A stretch of 63,996 nucleotides of DNA, the filler included, from Rhabdomonas costata (taxonomy: Eukaryota): NCBI GenBank assembly GCA_019059605.1. It is 50 parts of 50 records of this genome, joined end to end, with 100 filler letters (N's around TTAATTAATTAA, not from the genome) between each part and the next. Parts side by side here need not be neighbours in the genome. Positions count along the whole stretch, not along the records: positions 41,040 to 42,221 come from JAHMHO010024670.1; positions 42,322 to 43,503 come from JAHMHO010024671.1; positions 43,604 to 44,787 come from JAHMHO010024672.1; positions 44,888 to 46,068 come from JAHMHO010024673.1; positions 46,169 to 47,350 come from JAHMHO010024674.1; positions 47,451 to 48,629 come from JAHMHO010024675.1; positions 48,730 to 49,911 come from JAHMHO010024676.1; positions 50,012 to 51,193 come from JAHMHO010024677.1; 42 more parts are not named here. One strand, given 5' to 3'. Positions 41,045-52,828 of the stretch are shown piece by piece. A program made the translations under genes and the position numbers. The number at the start of each line of letters is the position of its first letter. The stretch's first letter is position 1. The notes under the pieces were generated by a model that searched no databases, was not told the origin of the DNA, and saw nothing but the letters and a program-made list of their open reading frames with translations.

Positions 41045-41145
41045 GGTGTCCCCGATTTGCCCACTCCTGCTTCCCACGTTGGCCAGAAGAAGCTTGCGGC
41101 TGCCGTTCTGTGTGGCGAAGCAGGAGTGGGCAAATCGGGGACACC
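41045..41145. repeat. 29-bp perfect inverted repeat at a contig start
   Basis: 41045-41073 is the reverse complement of 41117-41145. Confidence 0.9.
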
Positions 41146-44100
41146 GACAACAAATGACAACGTTACTCCCGCACGACGCTCATCTACAGAAAAGAAGACA
41201 TAGGCGGAGTTTCCAGATGAACTCAGCTTTCGTGAGAAGTCGCTGACGGCATCAACAGTGGGGAGCTCATGCTCCCAGAACAAGAAGCTGGATGGAAACG
41301 GGAAGGCCATGCTCCTGAAAGCACTCCTTTTCCATACTGCTGGGTTCCCAAAAGCCAAAGAACAACACGGGTTCCCTGGTGGAGCTCAATTCGCTCAATG
41401 CACGAGAATTCTTACACCAAGGGCATCAGCGCTGCAAGATAAGATTTGCTGCGTGGCACTCAGAGCAATTGCCGTGGAATGTGAAAAAAGGCAATCACAG
41501 AAAGAAGGGGTTTCGCACATAGATTCATGATAATACCAGCAAGCGTCCAGTGTCCAGCACAAAACAACAGGTTCACGGCAAGGGATGAAACGAAAAGAAT
41601 GTAAACATAAAATAGCAAAAGGAGGGTGGAGACGGGTGGGGACGGACATCATGGGACAGAGGGTTCTGTTCTAGCATTGTTGGCTGAGTGAACGGGCACG
41701 CGGTACGGGATGCACGGGACGCGCATCATGGGCAACACAACCGAAGCGGAGGACAGCGGAAGAAGGGCTGCATATGTGGACGTGGGGTGAAGCGAGGGTG
41801 GTCGCTAGAAGAGAACGGGAGGGAAGGGAGCAATTGCCTGGAACATCTCCACCAGAGCGACCACTGCACTGCACCCACTGTTCGGCTGCCCCGCCCCGCC
41901 ACCCTTGCGCGGGGGCGCCCGGAGGAACTCCTCGTCGAAGGCCTCGAAGCCTTCACTGAGCGCAAACTTGGGCTGCCCTGCAAACGAGCACACACACAGA
42001 GAGACCGCTGGGATGACGGGAGAACACTGGCAGGCACCGAAGTGGGCTCGAATCCATATCATGGTCTAAGAGGCTGGTCTAAAATAGGCATCTGGTAGAA
42101 GGCAACTAAGGCCACCCCAACTGAGACTTCCCCTGTGGAACATGACGGCTCGCAGGTGCCCGGTTGGGGACATAAGTTGCCTGGAAAGGACGGAGTCTCG
42201 AGCAGTCGCGCCCCACCAACANNNNNNNNNNNNNNNNNNNNNNNNNNNNNNNNNNNNNNNNNNNNTTAATTAATTAANNNNNNNNNNNNNNNNNNNNNNN
42301 NNNNNNNNNNNNNNNNNNNNNGTTGGTTGGTAAGTGTAAACGCATTGGTGAGGCACAATCACCTGAATTCGTCGGTGCGGGTGATTTTAGAGAGAGGTAT
42401 TCTTTTATTGCTCTTATCGTGAAGTGTGTGTCTTGAGGAAAGCCCTTTCTTCGCGCTTTTTGGGGGTTAGGTACGTGACAGTGACGCAGCTGACGGTTCT
42501 CAAGGGGGTGCGGGAGGGGACACTTGCCTCTCCTGAGATGCTGTATGTCTCAGGCCAAAAAGAAGACGAAGGGAGACAAAATTTTGCGTGATTTTGGGTG
42601 ATCCCCTCACAGTTACCGCGGGCAATGCCAATGGGGGGCGTCACAGTGCCGAGGTGTGGCAAACATGGCCCATCCATGCGGAGAAAAAGAAGCTATAACA
42701 ACAGTCAGCCGTGGGTCATCGGCCAGAGGATATGACTGTCGCGGGGAAGTTGACATGCAGCGGTGTTGGTGCCCGTGGTTTGTTTTCCTTCCAAATCTCC
42801 GACGGATTTTCGAAGGTGTTCTCGGATACATTTACAAGCAACGCTGCCAAACGTGGACCATCCCAATGCAACCAAAATCCGAAGGGAAAATGGCGCAGGC
42901 TCCCCTTTTGGGGGAGCTTGGAGATCGAAGACCGTGGAACGAAGCAGAGAGTTAACAGCAATGCAAAGAGCACAGCCCAGGTCTTGAGGTCTTGGCCAAG
43001 TCCGAAGACACGAACAAGGCGATAAAGGAAGGATGGCGAATCAGGCTCATAGATGCCGATTGTGGAAGCGGTGCTCTTGCCAAGAGCTACAATGGACCAT
43101 AGAGCTGCGGGGGCTTATCCAACGGCCGCTTTGACGAATGCCGCATCCCGCCAGTGCCGGTAGGGTGTGGGGTTCGGACCAGGTTGGGTGCCGGCTCCCA
43201 CAGGTTGCGCCTCGGGTGCAGTGATGAGGCGGTGGGCAGTTCAGCATTCACGGCAAGGAAGTAGACATTAAAAAGGAGTAGCTTCACCACCACAGTGGTA
43301 TTAGCGCGTGCAGCGCATCAGTTTAAGAGGAAAACCAAACTCGGCAGCCAGAGAGATGCGGGTGCGTGGGCCGCCTCACAGCGAGCAGAGATATGGTGCA
43401 ACACACAACACACGCGTTCAAGTTACTCTCTGTTGGGCAAGATGTTCATTGAAGTTATGGGGAAATCAGCCTGCCATCCTCACACCACAAAACCCAAACA
43501 ACANNNNNNNNNNNNNNNNNNNNNNNNNNNNNNNNNNNNNNNNNNNNTTAATTAATTAANNNNNNNNNNNNNNNNNNNNNNNNNNNNNNNNNNNNNNNNN
43601 NNNGTGTGTGTGTGTGTGTGTGTGTGTGCGTGTGCGTGTAAGTGAGTTAAAAGGGGTGAATTTTGAGCAGCTAAATGATATGACGTCTTACTGTAGTGAC
43701 TGGCATTTCGACTCTGGCGTAGTGGTTGGGTCATCATCAGCAAGGAACTATCTCCGCCTGCCTTGGATGCTGTTCGTCGGGTTCTTTGGGACTGCGGGGT
43801 GGAGGTCGACTTTTTGTGGGATGCTTCGCATCTGAAATCTGAAATATGACAGGTTAAGGCAACATGTAAACTGAACGCGGTCAGAGTACAGCCAAAAGTG
43901 GTGCAAGTAGAGGCCTGAGAGGCTGAGATTGCGAGGTGTCAGCTAAAGTGTTGGTGGGCACTTGGGCAATATCTCAAGAACGGCACCTGCTTGCTCAGAG
44001 CAATTGGGAAAGAGGAGGTAAGCGTTTCAGCACCAGCGGAGTGAAACACTACCGGCAATTCATCAGGAAATGAGTGGACACCATCATTCACGGAAAACTT

Positions 44101-46208
44101 AGAAGGGGGAAATTTTTCCAAGGAAAAAGAACATGTGGGAACGGAAAAGAATAGAAAGGCTCCGCCATGATCAAAATGGCTGAGGAAAATAGATTCAAAT
44201 TTCCGAATTTCCTATTTCCCCAATCTGATTTTCCCACGGACGGTGTGTCTTCCTGGTCTATGGGAATGAATTGTGGAGGCTCTGAACTAGCCCTGGGAAG
44301 GGACGAGAAAAAGTAGGTGAGGGAGTGATGGCACACGGAATACCGGGCACACAGCACTCCTCAGGCTTGCATTCAAAGGACCGGCATCTCATCAAAGAAT
44401 TTGAGGAAGACGACAGTACAGGACGACAGTACAGTGGAGAGACTCACAAACGAAGCTCACGACCTTCACTGCGGTGTCCTTCGGGCAATTGAAGTTGACG
44501 CAGGTCGGGGCAATCTTGGCTAATAAAAAACAATGAAATGAAACAAAGAAAGGTACTCCCACCGACCCACCAGTCGAAACGCAAGAAGATCAAACGAGCA
44601 ATTCCAGAAAAAAAATCAAAAAAATTCTCCAAGAGAAAACATAGCAGAAAAGTTCCCGAAAAGCGCAAAACAAAATATGCATACCTGCAACAAAAACGAA
44701 CAAAAGCGAAAAGAAAACATGCGACAATATGCGGCAGAAAATCCCGACCGTCCAGATATGCAAAAAAGCACTGACAACCCACACAAANNNNNNNNNNNNN
44801 NNNNNNNNNNNNNNNNNNNNNNNNNNNNNNNTTAATTAATTAANNNNNNNNNNNNNNNNNNNNNNNNNNNNNNNNNNNNNNNNNNNNGGGTTTTGGTTCT
44901 GTTTTTCTTATATCAAAGAAGTGCAGGTGGATTTGGTGTGTTTTTGCGAGTTTTGGGACAATCTGTGTGGACGTGTGGGGTGGGATTTGTTGGTTGTGCC
45001 GCCGCCCCATTTGAAGCCAAAGAGGAAGGATGTAAGAGGACATTTTGGAGGTATAGTAGCACTGGAATTTCACCCCAAGTCCCCCCCTCCAAGTTTGGCG
45101 AAGCGATAAGGCAGAAGACCACCACCCGACAAATTAGTCCCATCAAGTGGCGAAGTCCTCAGAAGTGTGAAGCGCCAGGTGCGCGAGCAAGCGGGGTTGT
45201 AAATGGGAAGGTGGTTTAGTCCCATTTCGAGTGTTTTGGGTCGAAGCGAAGGCGGTCAAGCCCCCTTCGACGTGAGGAGAGGTGCGAGAAGCGAAGCGGG
45301 CAAGTCGGTCGGGGAGTTTGGCGTACTAAGGCGTATAGCGGAGATAAGGTGGTTAAGTCCCCTTCGGAAGAGTTTGAGAAGCGACGGTGAGGTTGTGGCG
45401 GAATGTCAGGTTGCGACCGAGAGTAGTTGACCAAGAGTCCACGGGCTTGGGCAGCTGCGTGTCGTGGTTGCGGCCAGTCTCTACCAGGCCCTAGGCGAAA
45501 GCGAGGCCAAAACTGGGGAAAAGAAATTCTCCTCACCTAGTTGAGTTGACAGCGCTCACAAAGCGGAAAGCTTTGTCGGGAGGGACCACGGAGTGGAGCG
45601 GATCGAGTGTGCTACGCGGGGAAGTCGCAAGAGCCACGTAATTTCTACGAGCCCGCCGTTGCCCGCTGAAAGCCGCATGAATTTTCCTGACAAGTGGATT
45701 TAGGCCATATCCTATCATTCCGCCGTTTCGACATTACGCCTTTTACATCTTTCTCTTTTTTATGATGGAGGGAGCCATCTCACCCGGCCAAGGTCCATGA
45801 CTTGCCCGGAAAAGCCCCGAAAAACACATACTTTCACCCCATTTTCCCCCAAGTTAGGGCGCTTTGGCCAAATGACCCCTTGAACATTGCAACCGTCTTT
45901 TCCCTGAACAATACCCGTGGTCTTTTTCGTGAATTTATCCTGCTATTGGTTTCCTTTGATACCGCTTTCCCCCCGCGGACCATTGGCCAGATGACTGAAA
46001 TTGGCACCGCCTTAGTCCAAAACTAGTTGGAACACCCTATTGCCAGACCAAAACATCCACACCCCAAANNNNNNNNNNNNNNNNNNNNNNNNNNNNNNNN
46101 NNNNNNNNNNNNTTAATTAATTAANNNNNNNNNNNNNNNNNNNNNNNNNNNNNNNNNNNNNNNNNNNNGGCCGTTTGTTGACGGGAGTTATCTGTTTTTG
46201 CCATACGC

Positions 46209-47350
46209 ATGTGCGTGCAATACTTGAACCTCTGGACCTTGAAATTCAAATGTGTGTTCGCCGTGGTTTCCGCCGCGTGTTTATCCATGAGCAGATTTGA
46301 TTTATGCAAAGTGGGAGTGCGCCACTCTTTTTGGGGTTTTGTCGCGTTAATGGCTGATAGAAAATCGATCTGTGTGCAATGGTTGACACTGTTTGGCTCC
46401 ATGCTGGGGATGCCATGCCCCGGTGATTTGTCGGATGAGTCACTGAGACGATTCTACAAGCATCTCTGCTTGTTCTTGCATCCAGACAAGCAGCCCTCTC
46501 TGTCAAGCAACCTTCACAGTGACCCGCTCATCCACTTTTTCAAAGTAATTTCCGACGTGTACGATGCATACCCCAAAAGCATGCAGGATAAATCGCCGAC
46601 GAAGGTCGACGAAGAAACTGTCCATCACTACAGCGATAGTGCACAACCGTTTTCCCGAAAAGCTCGTAACGGCAGGCGGGTCTATCTCATCACGTTCTCT
46701 CACCCAAAGAGTGAGGAGCGGCTTCAGAGAGATGCATGCAGCAGGGGCAACTGATGAAGCACGAAATACCCACTTCCATGCAGCGACGAAAAGCAGTCGG
46801 CAGCACCTGTGGGCACCTACAGCGGATTATCTCAGGCGCGCGCACATTATTAGTGTGCACTTCGCTGTGTCTGGAGAGGGGTATTGTTCAGCTTTCCGCG
46901 ATGGTTGGTGGCCAAGCACAAGCCTCTCTCTGACCTTGACAAAGAGTTTTTGCTCTCCAGAGGAGGCTGCCAAACGTCCTTTTTGGAGTGGCAGTAAGCA
47001 AAAATTTCCGTTTGGTGACCAGGGAGAAGGTTCTTCGTCCGCCGCTGCTGCTGAGGACGAAAAAGGAGGACTGAAATCTCAGTGTCCACAAAAAAAGCAG
47101 GAGGGAGCCTGTCTGGGCATATGCCTTCCGGCTGATATGCGACCACAAGCTGAAAACGGGGGATTCTTTAATGTCGTTAGGCTCATCTCTCTCTGCATGC
47201 AAGCCCCAAGCAGTATAGTGGAGAAGGCTCGTCATGTGCAGCAAGCCGCTGCTCGATTGAATCGAAGTGAGCTGAGCCGTCTGGCAATCCTACGGCAAGC
47301 GGCGGAGGCCACCTGCACATGCGACCACGCCGGGGACTGGAAAACCAACA
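46209..47350 (+). mobile_element. Decayed rolling-circle HUH (Rep-like) endonuclease element with an N-terminal DnaJ domain
   Basis: J domain ~46392-46571 (LRRFYKHLCLFLHPDK...FFKVISDVYD) is in frame with RRVYLITFSHP (motif I, 46680-46706). After a frameshift come E-M-H (46729) and THFHAA (HUH, 46771-46779), GYCSAFRD (motif III region, 46879-46902) and SRLAILRQAA..CTC...GDW. Confidence 0.65.
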
Positions 47351-48269
47351 NNNNNNNNNNNNNNNNNNNNNNNNNNNNNNNNNNNNNNNNNNNNTTAATT
47401 AATTAANNNNNNNNNNNNNNNNNNNNNNNNNNNNNNNNNNNNNNNNNNNNCCTGCGATAATACTGTTCTAATTGTTGGGTCAAAGCCTAGGAAGAGACGA
47501 GTTCCCACCAGAAATACAACCGATATCTAAGGCCCCCGAAGCTCCGAAAAGCGTCCGAAAAGCTTCACAACGAGCCGGTGATGTGTGCGCATTCAATTGT
47601 GCGTGAGTGTACCACCGGGCGCTCTTGGAGGGGAGAGTTCAGCTGCAGGCCAGCCGTTGCGGCAGTGTGTGGCCTTTCGGATGATCCTCAAGGGCCGGAA
47701 CGGACGGATGAGGCGGGGACGTGTCATGGGGGGGTCTTGCAAAAATTTGCTTATTGCTGTTTAACGGCGTTAAACGGGAAAAAAAAATTGTGTTCCTCAA
47801 AAAAGTCATTTTCTCAGTACAGGGCTTAGGATACATATACCTGAACTCACTAGATGATGTTATTTTAGCGACAGGGGGGTAGGTTTACTGTCCCCTAGAT
47901 GCCAAATTTTCAAATTCGAAAATTTCGATCGTTTAACGGTGGTAAACGTTTAACGCCCCCCCCCTCCCAAGAAATAAGAGCCCCAGAGCGAACAGGAATT
48001 TCATATTCATTCTCTAAAAGCCCTTTTCTTTCGCTGGAAGGTTTTGGTGATAGGGGATGGGGAAAGAGAACCCAACAGAGGGCTTGCGTCTGGGGAAAGC
48101 GGGTACAAACGTAAAAGTGAATTCTTCTGCTTTGTCTCCACGATAGCGAAACAAACGGTCCGCAATGTGAGATGACACATCAACAATATTGTATTTGATT
48201 TTAATCGTGACGTTTTTAAAAGTGGGGTTAGGTCTCGGAATTGGTTTCCGCTCTTGAAACGGGCTTACC

Positions 48270-48556
48270 TTAGAAGGTGGGAATGGTGCCTGCAGCCACC
48301 ACAGAATAGTCAAGAGCATTGGAAAGTAAAAGTGGAACGAGGGGGGACTGTGAGGGGGCAGTGCGTGCCAGGTGGTTGCGGCTGGCGGCGCCGATCCCGC
48401 TCATCCACCGCCCTAACCGCGGGTGAGGCGCGGCGCAGGCCACGAGGTGAGTCAGGCTGTGGGTGAAGGCAACCCCGTTGACCCAACCCGGGACTTCGCT
48501 GACCACACACCGAGGAGCGACCTTCATCCCATCGTGCTGCCAGAGCCGGACGCACC
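48270..48556 (-). CDS. RRP9: RRP9/U3-55K-like U3 snoRNP WD40 protein, C-terminal exon
   Basis: GCVRLWQ...PGWVNGVAF...LVACAAPHPRLGRW...RN matches RRP9 CVRLWQ...GFVNSL.F...LVA....HRLGRW...ARN. 3' end uncertain. Confidence 0.75.
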
Positions 48557-48737
48557 CTGCGGCAACAAGTGAACCGAGGGAAGACAAACGTTGTAAAATA
48601 CACGAGCTCGAAATGCTAACCCGCACAAANNNNNNNNNNNNNNNNNNNNNNNNNNNNNNNNNNNNNNNNNNNNTTAATTAATTAANNNNNNNNNNNNNNN
48701 NNNNNNNNNNNNNNNNNNNNNNNNNNNNNTGTGGTTG

Positions 48738-48843
48738 GTTTTGTTCCACCTCGTTGCTGGCGGAAAGGAGGATAGGCGTGAGCTCTGCGGTGTGTGAGCT
48801 ATCGCCTATCCTCCTTTCCGCCAGCAACGAGGTGGAACAAAAC
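48738..48843. repeat. 41-bp perfect inverted repeat (24-nt loop) at a contig start
   Basis: 48738-48778 is the reverse complement of 48803-48843. Confidence 0.92.
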
Positions 48844-49423
48844 AAAGCACGGCAAGGCACGGCACAATCACAGTGAACGGCGTCCAGATAGTCCTGGAGG
48901 CAAGTGCGGGTAAAGACTGCAGAGATAAGGATGTGCGATGTGCACTGTTGCAAGTGCGCGTCCGCAATAAACAAGAGTGCGGAGGATAGAACGAGTTCCC
49001 TTTCTTGTTCAGAATTTTGCCTCCAAAGGTGTGTTCTTTTTTTTGTTATTGAGAACGACATGCTTTGGAATGGAATCCTCAAACTGGTGTTGGTTTATGC
49101 CCTCGCCTTCTTTCGCGGACAACTCCCTCTGTTTTTTTATATCGTTTTGTCCTGCCCGAGGCCTTTTATTGTTTCCCGCCAATTTTGGTGCGCAGGTGCT
49201 ATATCTTCAGTTCTCGCTGGATGGGCTATCGTGGGCTCCGTGCGACGGACTATACTGTATGCTTCCCGAGGGCAGCATCCAAGTGAACGGGACAAACGTA
49301 TGACACAACTCCACAACTTCACACCTTTTTTCACACGGATTAGAGAGAGGGGGTAGCCCGAAAAGTCTTTAACTACATGACACTATTTATGAAATAGAAT
49401 CTCTTTTTTCACTCTCCTCTCAG

Positions 49424-49911
49424 ATCTGGATGAAGTTGAACCCCGTCTCAACCTACGTGGGGCCCATTGATGTAACATTTTTGTTCAATGCCGGGTGCTA
49501 CGACCCCGCGAACTACACCCAGCCCCTTGTTCAGATGGCAGGCATGACTTTGGATGCCACCCTTGACACTGCAGCTATTTTTGCCGGCCAGAACGCGACG
49601 CTGCTTGTCACTCTCCAAGCCACCGCGATCCCCGTCTCTGATGCACTGCTGACCTTCAGCAACGTCAGTCTGAACGGACAGCCTCTGAGCGTTCCTTTTG
49701 CTAGTGCTGCGTGGTGGTCCCAGTACAGGTCTGGGTGGAAGGTGTGCACCGTGGACTCCAACCAGGTGGGGTTATGCGCTCTGACGGGGGACTATCTGTT
49801 CTATTCTCCGGGGTTCCCGGTCAGCGTGTACGTCACCTTTGGTCCCAACAATGGGTTCAGTGTTGGACTGTGGAGTTTCAAGGTGTCCTTCAAGAGTGCG
49901 TATTTCCTTCC
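49424..49911 (+). CDS. Exon of a probable extracellular beta-rich glycoprotein
   Basis: Pyrimidine tract + CAG acceptor, then >160 open codons with alternating beta-strand patterns, few charged residues, and sequons NYT, NAT and NVS. Confidence 0.6.
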
Positions 49912-50015
49912 NNNNNNNNNNNNNNNNNNNNNNNNNNNNNNNNNNNNNNNNNNNNTTAATTAATTAANNNNNNNNNNNNNNNNNNNNNNNNNNNNNNNNN
50001 NNNNNNNNNNNTTGT

Positions 50016-50217
50016 GGTTTTCTTGCCATTTATAACATTTGCAACATGTTTTGCTGCTGCTGACATCAATCGGTGGGACCATCCAGAATATGTCTCTGGG
50101 GCGTATATATTTTAAACATTTTAAAGGGAGTTTCCCTTTTTCGTTAAGTGCCAATACCACCGATTGATGTCAGCAGCAGCAAAACATGTTGCAAATGTTA
50201 TAAATGGCAAGAAAACC
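50016..50217. repeat. 61-bp perfect inverted repeat (80-nt loop) at a contig start
   Basis: 50016-50076 is the reverse complement of 50157-50217. Confidence 0.92.
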
Positions 50218-52828
50218 TCATCCACGGGTTCGTACCCTTTTCGGCTAGGTCGTTTCCTAACCCATCGTATTTGTCAACGAAAAATGTATACTAGTTCGTT
50301 TTCGAACGTAAACTTCGTCTCACTCTGCCAAAGCCCGTGTGGTGGGCAAGCAATATGCCCTTGCTGGAGCCAAAAGAACGCCTTTGGTACCTCGAGGACA
50401 CGGAGCAGCTGAAAGATTTCTTTCTTTCTTTCTTTCTTTCTTTTACAAATACCGCTGCGTCAGTTGCGGGAGGAGGGTCGGACAAGCCCCACCCAAGGTC
50501 CTCCTCGTCCTTTTCCTCATCTGCCGCTGCAGAAAAAAAAACGCAAGAACGAAGTGAGACTTGAAACGATCCTGCGGTCGACCACCAATCCCCGTAAGAG
50601 CTCTCAGCGGTTGAGCAGCGGGATGATTTAGCGTGCAGGAGGCCCTTCTGGCGACAGTGCGGATGAGGTTCCTAAGTGGGACGATATGTCTGCAAGAGCC
50701 CCCATCCCCTGATCGTATCCCATCATTCTTGCACAAGCTCACGTTCGGGTCAAGCAAAGCGGACGCAAAAATGACTTGACCTTCCACCTACGCAAATTGA
50801 TAGCAAGTGGCGACTGCACAGGTGCAGTATTAAAGACGACGCCAGATCAATTCGAACAGCACTAGTAAAGCAGACATTCGGGAATAAAAGCATAAGAAAA
50901 TCTCAAAACCCGAAGTAGTTCCAAGCACAAAGGCACCCATCTTCACCTTCCGCCACGCACACACATCCCTCGACATTAACCACTAACTCCACCCCACTGC
51001 GGTGTGATGCAATGCACATCACCAGTTTCCAGAAGGCTTCGCTTCTGCTTCTCCCTGAGAGCCCGCTCCTGCCGAAAGAAGAACCGAGCCCAGAAGTCCG
51101 CCTCTGAGACCGATTCGGGGACTGTGGAGCATCCCAAAAAAATGAGAACACCCCGAAACACAAACTCGTCAGCAGAAAACAGGGGAAAGGAAANNNNNNN
51201 NNNNNNNNNNNNNNNNNNNNNNNNNNNNNNNNNNNNNTTAATTAATTAANNNNNNNNNNNNNNNNNNNNNNNNNNNNNNNNNNNNNNNNNNNNGTGTGGG
51301 TGTGTTTGGGTTTGGTGGTGAACTGGATTAACGTAGACTTGGAGAAGCAGATGAGTGGGCGCTGGAAGGGTGTTGTGGGTCGTTCAACCATGATGGGGGG
51401 TCCGCCCGAAGACATGAACATGGAGAATGAGCTTTCCGACTTGATCTGCGCACCGGACGACCTTCGGCTTGCGGGTACGGAGCTTGTGATAGAAAAGGGT
51501 TCCTGGAAAACCCTCTGGCGACGGTTCCATGACACCCCCAGCGCTTACGTTGGGAACCCCTTTCTGTAAGCGCGTTCACAAGCAGGACAGGAAGAGAGAG
51601 AGAGAGAGAGAGCGGAGGGAATGGCAATGGGGTTTTACCACATCAAAAAGCCCTTCAGGAGCGCTCTCAGCGTGAAAACCAAATAACCAATTAGCCAATG
51701 TACCCCTCCTTTTTTTGTTTTAAAAGGAAAGATTTTGGTTGTATACCCTGGTCCTCTGGAATTCGACTTTTAATTCTCACCTTTAATTTCGATTGCACTA
51801 GCACCCCACCACCGGGGTCCATTTTTCGAATTTTGGTGGTTTTAATGTTTACCAGTTGTTTTTCAAGAAGCTCAAATGCTCAACCGATGTGATGAAGAGG
51901 GGGCTAACTAAAGCCGGCCGAACCTCGCAAAGATAAACCATTCTGGCCCAGTTTTTCCGCAGAAGGGGGGATCGGGCAGTTGCGAAAAACAGTTGAGAAT
52001 GCTGAAATGATTGACACATCGCTTGGTTTACCTTTGTTCTTCTGGTGGCCTTTGGGATATGAACTTTTTCTCTTGACTTTTTTTTTGGGGGGGGGGGGGT
52101 TCTGTACCACCGTTTTCAATCCTACAAGGAGTGCAACTTTGTACTTGTAAAGCTCTGGTGTTCGTGTTGCTCTGGATGGGTGCTCTCCCTTACTTGGGAT
52201 CCGTGGTTTGGTGGTTCTCTTTGCGCTGGCGGCAGACGCGGAAGGACGGGGCACCGTCGGAGAAGCGGTGGGATGGTTTGGGTGGGGACCTATGCTCGTT
52301 TTGCTTAGCAGAGCTTGCGCCTTCACCTCATTTCAGCTTGGAGTGACGAACTCCACTGTTTGGCTTCCGTACCGTTTTTTATTCGCTTTCTTCGATGGCG
52401 TGCGAGGACTTTACGGTAAAAGATGGACTGTGAAGGTTCCAAAGGCAGCACCACAAAACCAAACACACCCACCACNNNNNNNNNNNNNNNNNNNNNNNNN
52501 NNNNNNNNNNNNNNNNNNNTTAATTAATTAANNNNNNNNNNNNNNNNNNNNNNNNNNNNNNNNNNNNNNNNNNNNTGTGGGTGTGTTTGGGGGGTTGGTG
52601 GGTGACTTGTCTCGCACTCTCATCTCTATTTTTCTCGCGGTTTTGTGGGCGATGCTCCTCTCGCCCACCGCAGGGTTTTTGTTATCTTATCTTTTTGGCT
52701 TTTTCGGATTTTTGTTTTGCATCAACGAGCGGATGCAGCCACTTCCTTTTGAACATATGGTCTCCATGTAGTGTGATTTATCAGGGTGGGGCAGTTGTTC
52801 TGTGTGTATTTCAATGTTGTCCTGCAAG

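Noticed and set aside
41107-41136. LCGEAGVGKS Walker A motif suggesting a Ras-family GTPase
   Set aside because: Isolated 10-aa match with no convincing G3/G4 exon or splice sites, and it lies within an artefact-like hairpin.
45180-45520. Purine-rich stretch with TTCG/GAAA loops suggesting a structured RNA
   Set aside because: No rRNA, group I/II intron or snRNA signature and no consistent long stems found.
50157-50320. IDVSSSKTCCKC resembling the TnpB/Fanzor zinc-finger entry (DE..TSK.C..C)
   Set aside because: No second CxxC, no DRD.NAA RuvC-III motif and no upstream RuvC motifs. The region also overlaps a probable fold-back artefact.
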